Source: the human T2T-CHM13v2.0 reference genome, Homo sapiens. Taken from it: 64,000 bases of DNA. The translations under genes were made by a program, and so were the position numbers. Below the pieces are notes generated by a model. The model saw nothing but the letters and a program-made list of their open reading frames with translations. It was not told the DNA's origin and ran no database searches. This document shows, piece after piece, positions 59,228-64,000 of the stretch (positions within the stretch are counted from its first letter, which is position 1; each line of letters starts with the position of its first letter). The DNA is taken from NCBI RefSeq assembly GCF_009914755.1, contig NC_060946.1; one strand, written 5' to 3'.

Positions 59228-59380
59228 GAAGGAGTTCTTAACCTGGGGCCCTACATAAGCTTCAGGAGCAGAAGCCATGAGAGCCCCGAATGTCATACAA
59301 AACTGTAAGCACCTGCACAGGTGTATTTTCCTGGGGAGAGATTCCATGGGTTGTCCTCAGATCGTCCAAGGTGTGGATGG
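59228..59380. mobile_element. hAT-Charlie-like MER fragment
   Basis: gagttcttaacctgggg...ttttcctggggagagattccatgg. Confidence 0.5.
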
Positions 59381-60659
59381 GGTCTCCAGAGCTGAACCCA
59401 GGCTGCCTCCTACACCACTGACAGCCTCTCTGGGGAAGCCCCAGCTGGGTGTGGGAGCTGGGTTCTGCACAGGAGCACACCTTCCGCTAGCATTACACTG
59501 CGTTGGCATTTCTAGAAGGCAGCGAGAGATGAATTATTCCACAACAATGGGAGTCTGAGACAATTATTGTCTGATTTCTCTAACTGTGGCGTGGCAGCTC
59601 CTAAACCCAAAAGACGGAAAGCAGCAGCCATAAAAGACACATTAAAAGAATATTAAACCACAGGAGCATGGCTACTTCTTGAACAAGAGGCCGCCTCCTC
59701 ATGGAGTCAGCTCCCGAAAGCAGGGCCAGGGATGATTCACGGGGATCTGAGCTGCTGAGGCTGCTCCTGCCTGCTGGGTGCCCTGACACCCCAACATCTT
59801 CAGGCTGGGAGTGCAGTGGTCAGATGTATGACCACCTGGAGTGGCCATGTGAATAGTGTCCAGTACAATCTACTCCAATTCCTTTCCCTTCTCTTCTCTA
59901 TAAATCAAACCTCTGCAGACCCGGGGATCCCTCCACGTCTGAGCAAATCACCTTGACACCAACACCGAGGACCCTACTGAAAACTGAGTCCCAGAGGCAT
60001 CCTGGGTTCTGCTGCATCCCACCTAACTATAGAAAAAAACAATGGAGGGTCAGAAAGAAAGTGGGGGAAGCCAAGGCAAGCATGCACGCACATTCTAAAA
60101 AACCAAAGACAAGACTACACAAGAGGTTGAGTAAAGCTAAAGTTGGAGCTTCGCAAAGGTAACAATATTAGACAAGAGAAATCAGAAAAAGGCAGAAGCC
60201 ACCAAAAGCAGCATTAGGAATGACCTCAAAAAAGTGGACACTTTCACAGAGAATACCACTGTGTAACAAAGCTGGCTGAAGAGCAAACAAGAAAATAATG
60301 GAAGAGATGGACAGCCAGAAAATACGTCCAATGAGTAGTTCAAGAATTTTCCTTAAAGACCACTCCTCTGACCCTGAAGTCCATAGACCCAGCTGGACAT
60401 TTTCCCTAGGATGACTCAAGGGTGTGTTGACCTGACCCAAGAACTATTTGGCAATGCCCATGGCCCCAGTCCTCACCCAGCCTGGCACCATCACCATCCA
60501 TTCCATGTCCAAAGCCCAAAACTTCAGTCACTTCTGACCTCTTCTCGCACCCCTCAGAGCTTCCCTCTAAAAAGGTCTTGGATAGGGGCCCTTCTCATCA
60601 CTGTCACTGTGCACAGCCTCCTACTTGGGGATGAATGACAGCACTCACCCCACATCCAG

Positions 60660-60930
60660 CCACTTGCCTGCTCTTCCCAGGCTCCTTTGCAGTTAGGGTG
60701 AGGTCATGTGACTCATTTTGGCCAATGATGGGACAGCATAAAGGATGAGGGTTGCTCTAGACAGAGGCAGCCGAAAGCCAGTGCATTCCTTTGTTTCTAC
60801 CTCCCTGGAGGACAATGGGGCACCCAGCTCAGCTGCAAAGTGGAGGAAGACCACCTGGCATGCATAGGCCTAGAGTGGGCAAGAAATAAGCCTAGTCTTT
60901 TGGAGTTTGCTGCTGAAGTGACCCATCTAT
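60660..60930 (+). mobile_element. Old MLT1-type LTR relic
   Basis: ttcccaggctcctttgcagttagggtgaggtcatgtgactcattttggccaatg. Confidence 0.65.
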
Positions 60931-61246
60931 CCTGCCTTACTTGCCTGGAATTACAATTGTATCTTCCTCACTGGTGTCTCCGCAGCCACTAGAAACTCTC
61001 TCCAATTCATTTTTAATAATCTGCTCAGAGTAAACTTTTCTAAATGCAGATCTGGTCTATGTTCATGTGCACACATGCATGTGTACATAGACACACACAC
61101 AAACACACACACATGCACACTCTATGGTGGCTTCCCATTCTCCTTAGAAAATGGCATCATCCTGTCCATATCCTACTAGGAAATCACCCTACAAACCCCT
61201 CAGCCCGCTTGCCCTCACCCACTCTGATGTCCCAGCATTCAGCCTG

Positions 61247-61600
61247 TGGTATGACTTGGCTCTGTGTCCCCACCCAAATCTAATCTTGTAGCTCCTGTAA
61301 TTCCTATGTGCTGTGGGAGGCACCTGGTGTGAGATGATTGGATTATGGGAGCAGGTCTTTCTCTTGCTGTTCTCATGAGAGTGAATGAGTCTTACCAGAT
61401 CTGATGGTTTTAAAAACGGGAGTTTCCCTGCAAAACTCTCTCATTTTTTTGCCTGCCACCATCCGCGTAAGGTGTGACTTACTCCTCCTTGCCTTCCACC
61501 ATGATTGTGAGGCCTCCCCAACCAAGTGGAACCTCTTTCTTTTGTAAATTGCCCAGTCTTGGGTGTGTCTTTATCAGCAGCATGAAAACAGACTAATACA
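61247..61600 (+). mobile_element. THE1 (THE1B/C-like) MaLR solo LTR
   Basis: tggtatgacttggctctgtgtccccacccaaatc...agcagcatgaaaacagactaataca. Confidence 0.92.
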
Positions 61601-62150
61601 ACTTCTCAGCATCCCCGCTACAGCCCTCATGCACCAGGTTCATCCCCTACAAGCAGTATCTAGCCCCACTCCCCGCCAGTCTGTTCTGTGCACCCATGAA
61701 GCCTCCAGATGCCAGCTCAAGCGTTCTCTCCACGCAGAACCCTTCCTTGACCTCCCCACATTACATTTCTTTATTGCACTCTCACTGAACCATGCTTTTA
61801 CCTTAAAAACTCCTATCTTTGTGTGTCATTCATAATTAATCAACATAATTACTTCTTTGATATCAGACTCCCTTTTAGAGTAGGAACGTGGCTACTTCTG
61901 CTCAACTTCATATTTCTTAGTACTCTGCACGTGGTTGAAGCCCAAAAACTCTCTGTGGGATACTGAATACACAAGAACAAAGAGCATAACATGGGGAGTT
62001 TCTGAGTCCTTCTACCCTGCTTTGCCTCATGCTTTCCATGGCTGAGCCAATTTGGGGAGGTTTTGTCATCCTGTAGGAAGGACAGCCACACCTTCCTAGT
62101 AATGGGCCAGGCCTTCTCCCTAACACAATGCACTGTTTCTAAAATCTGAC

Positions 62151-64000
62151 TCACCTTTTGCAATCAATCTGTCGGTGGAGATTCTCATCACTAATTTTGG
62201 GCCTTAGTATGTTGAGCCCATGGGCCAATTCTGAGCCCATGTGCTATCCCATGGTAGAGTATAGAATCTGAGAAGCTACCCAGATCTGTGGCCCATGCAA
62301 GGAAGAGGACAAAGAGGACTCCATCCTGCCTCTGCCAGAAGTCCTCTAAGCATGAGACATTTCCCAGAGGGTTGATGGACTGCAATGGTTACCAGGAACA
62401 TCCACTGCAGAAAGTTGGTCAGGGTCAGGATCCTGGAATTGTGACTTACCAAGTGAACTCATGTTGCACAAGTTTTCTATGCCTTCATCCCTCAACAACA
62501 ACATCTACCTTAGAAAGTGTTCTGAAGATCAATCAAGCTAATTCACGCATGCAAAGTACTTAGCCCAGTGCCTGGCACAGCCTACTTGCTTAACAAATGT
62601 TCGATGTGGTTCCTCGCCACAGTTGGGCAGCTCTGACAATTTTTCCTCTTTCTGAATCCACATCTGTTACCCTGTAATTTCCTTCCATCTGTCTTGTTCC
62701 AATCCCTATGGCCACGCAGAATAGACCTGTTCCCTTTGCACATGTCAGCCTGTCAGAGGCATTGTAAGACAGGAATTGTCTCCTTCCAAACCTTGTCTTC
62801 CCGTCTTGCACCTGACCCAATTCCCAGGTCAGCTTCACCCCTGTTGAATGCTGCGTCGAGCGCCTGGTGTTGTTTTGTGACTGCTCTTAAGGCTGGGGCC
62901 CTTTGCTGTTACCACTGCTATGACAGATTTGGATCAGCCCTCTGCTTCCATCCTCCCTGGAATAGTTATCCTGAGAACTCTCTTTGCATCCCTACAAGAT
63001 ATATTTTTTTCCTATTTTGTTTGAGCATCAGATTTTCTAATGAGATGCAAAATTTCTAAAATTTTCTTCCTGGGAATAAAGTTGGTTTTATGCAAGAACT
63101 CAGAAATTGACCCATTCCACGGAGCATCGTGTTTGGATTGTGGGAGGGAGACATTGTGAGAGTTTCCCCCAGAACCAGCACTGAAGAAAATGCCCTTTGC
63201 CAGATACGCTACCAAAGGAGCTTAGCAAGGACAGGGGCCAGCTAGTGTTCTCTGGACATGGCCTAAGAAAGTGCAAGGTCTCCTGAAGGGTTTACAGACT
63301 TTGGTCTTCTTTTGGCAACTGCTCTGTGATGGTTGAGCCCCCCTGCCGGTGACTCCTTCCCCTGTGGAGGAGACTCTGCATCACCTAATAGTTCCAACGG
63401 CGACACGATGAGCCCTGGGGCCTGCACACCCCCAGGGCTTCTCCCTCCATAGGAAGGTCCTGCTGTTGAGTGTGCTCCTCCAGCCTCCCCCTTGGTCACA
63501 GGACAAGGGGTTCCACCCCTGCCTCCATGTCTCGTCTCTGCTGTGTCTAGCAGCTGCTCCTCACTCCTCCGCCTTCGCTTCCAGGTGTGAGAGCTGCTGC
63601 CCCTTCTCCCTCCACAACTCTGCCTGCAGTTTTCACAGGGCAGGACCTTCCTGAGGCTGAGGTCATCTCCAGGTGGGCCTCTGGTGGATGTCCCTGAACA
63701 CAGGTGGTTTTCTCCACCCTGCCTTTAAGTAGCGTCACGCTTCTTCCAAACCTTATTACCCATGGCGTCTCACCTGAGGAAGGTTCCCTATGTATCTGTG
63801 GGCTTTCCCTATGTGGGGAATCTGCACCGTGGCCATGTGATACACAGCTCATTATTTCCCAAAAGATCTGGGTAGCTTCTCAGATTCTATACTCTACCAT
63901 GGGATAACACATGGGCTCAGAATTGGCCCATGGGCTCAACATACCAAGGCCCAAAATTAGTGATGAGAATCTCTACCAATGGACTGATTGCAAACGGTGA
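62151..64000. repeat. Inverted duplication, arms 62151-62287 and 63864-64000 (the right arm reaches the window edge)
   Basis: Ungapped reverse-complement alignment, 129/137 identical. Confidence 0.97.
62430..62605 (+). mobile_element. MIR
   Basis: gtgttctgaagatcaatcaagctaattcacgcatgcaaagtacttagcccagtgcctggcacag. Confidence 0.7.

Overview
Primate (human-like) genomic DNA: Alu (J/S/Y), L1, L2, MIR, MaLR and ERV1 LTR relics plus many microsatellites and minisatellites. I recognise no protein-coding gene, RNA gene or CRISPR array. The ORF track is explained by repeats, low-complexity DNA and chance ORFs, so the window looks intergenic or deep-intronic, possibly crossed by a lncRNA. There is a candidate minus-strand TATA/CRE promoter near 58.1 kb and a few plus-strand exon-like segments. 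The most informative signals are structural. (1) A near-identical, inverted and circularly permuted copy (35699-36010) of a 308-bp Alu/L1 junction (34277-34584), which fits reintegration of a small DNA circle or a looped template switch. (2) An old L1MA insertion that appears to have captured an inverted copy of nearby DNA at its 5' end (18038-18116 vs 17163-17240). (3) An inverted duplication of at least 137 bp at the right edge (62151-62287 vs 63864-64000). (4) Two twin-primed L1PA insertions, one inside an LTR>L1>Alu nest. (5) A permuted ~150-bp duplication between polypurine tracts at 1.5-2.1 kb. Repeat subfamily names come from memory of consensus sequences, and the boundaries of old repeats are approximate.
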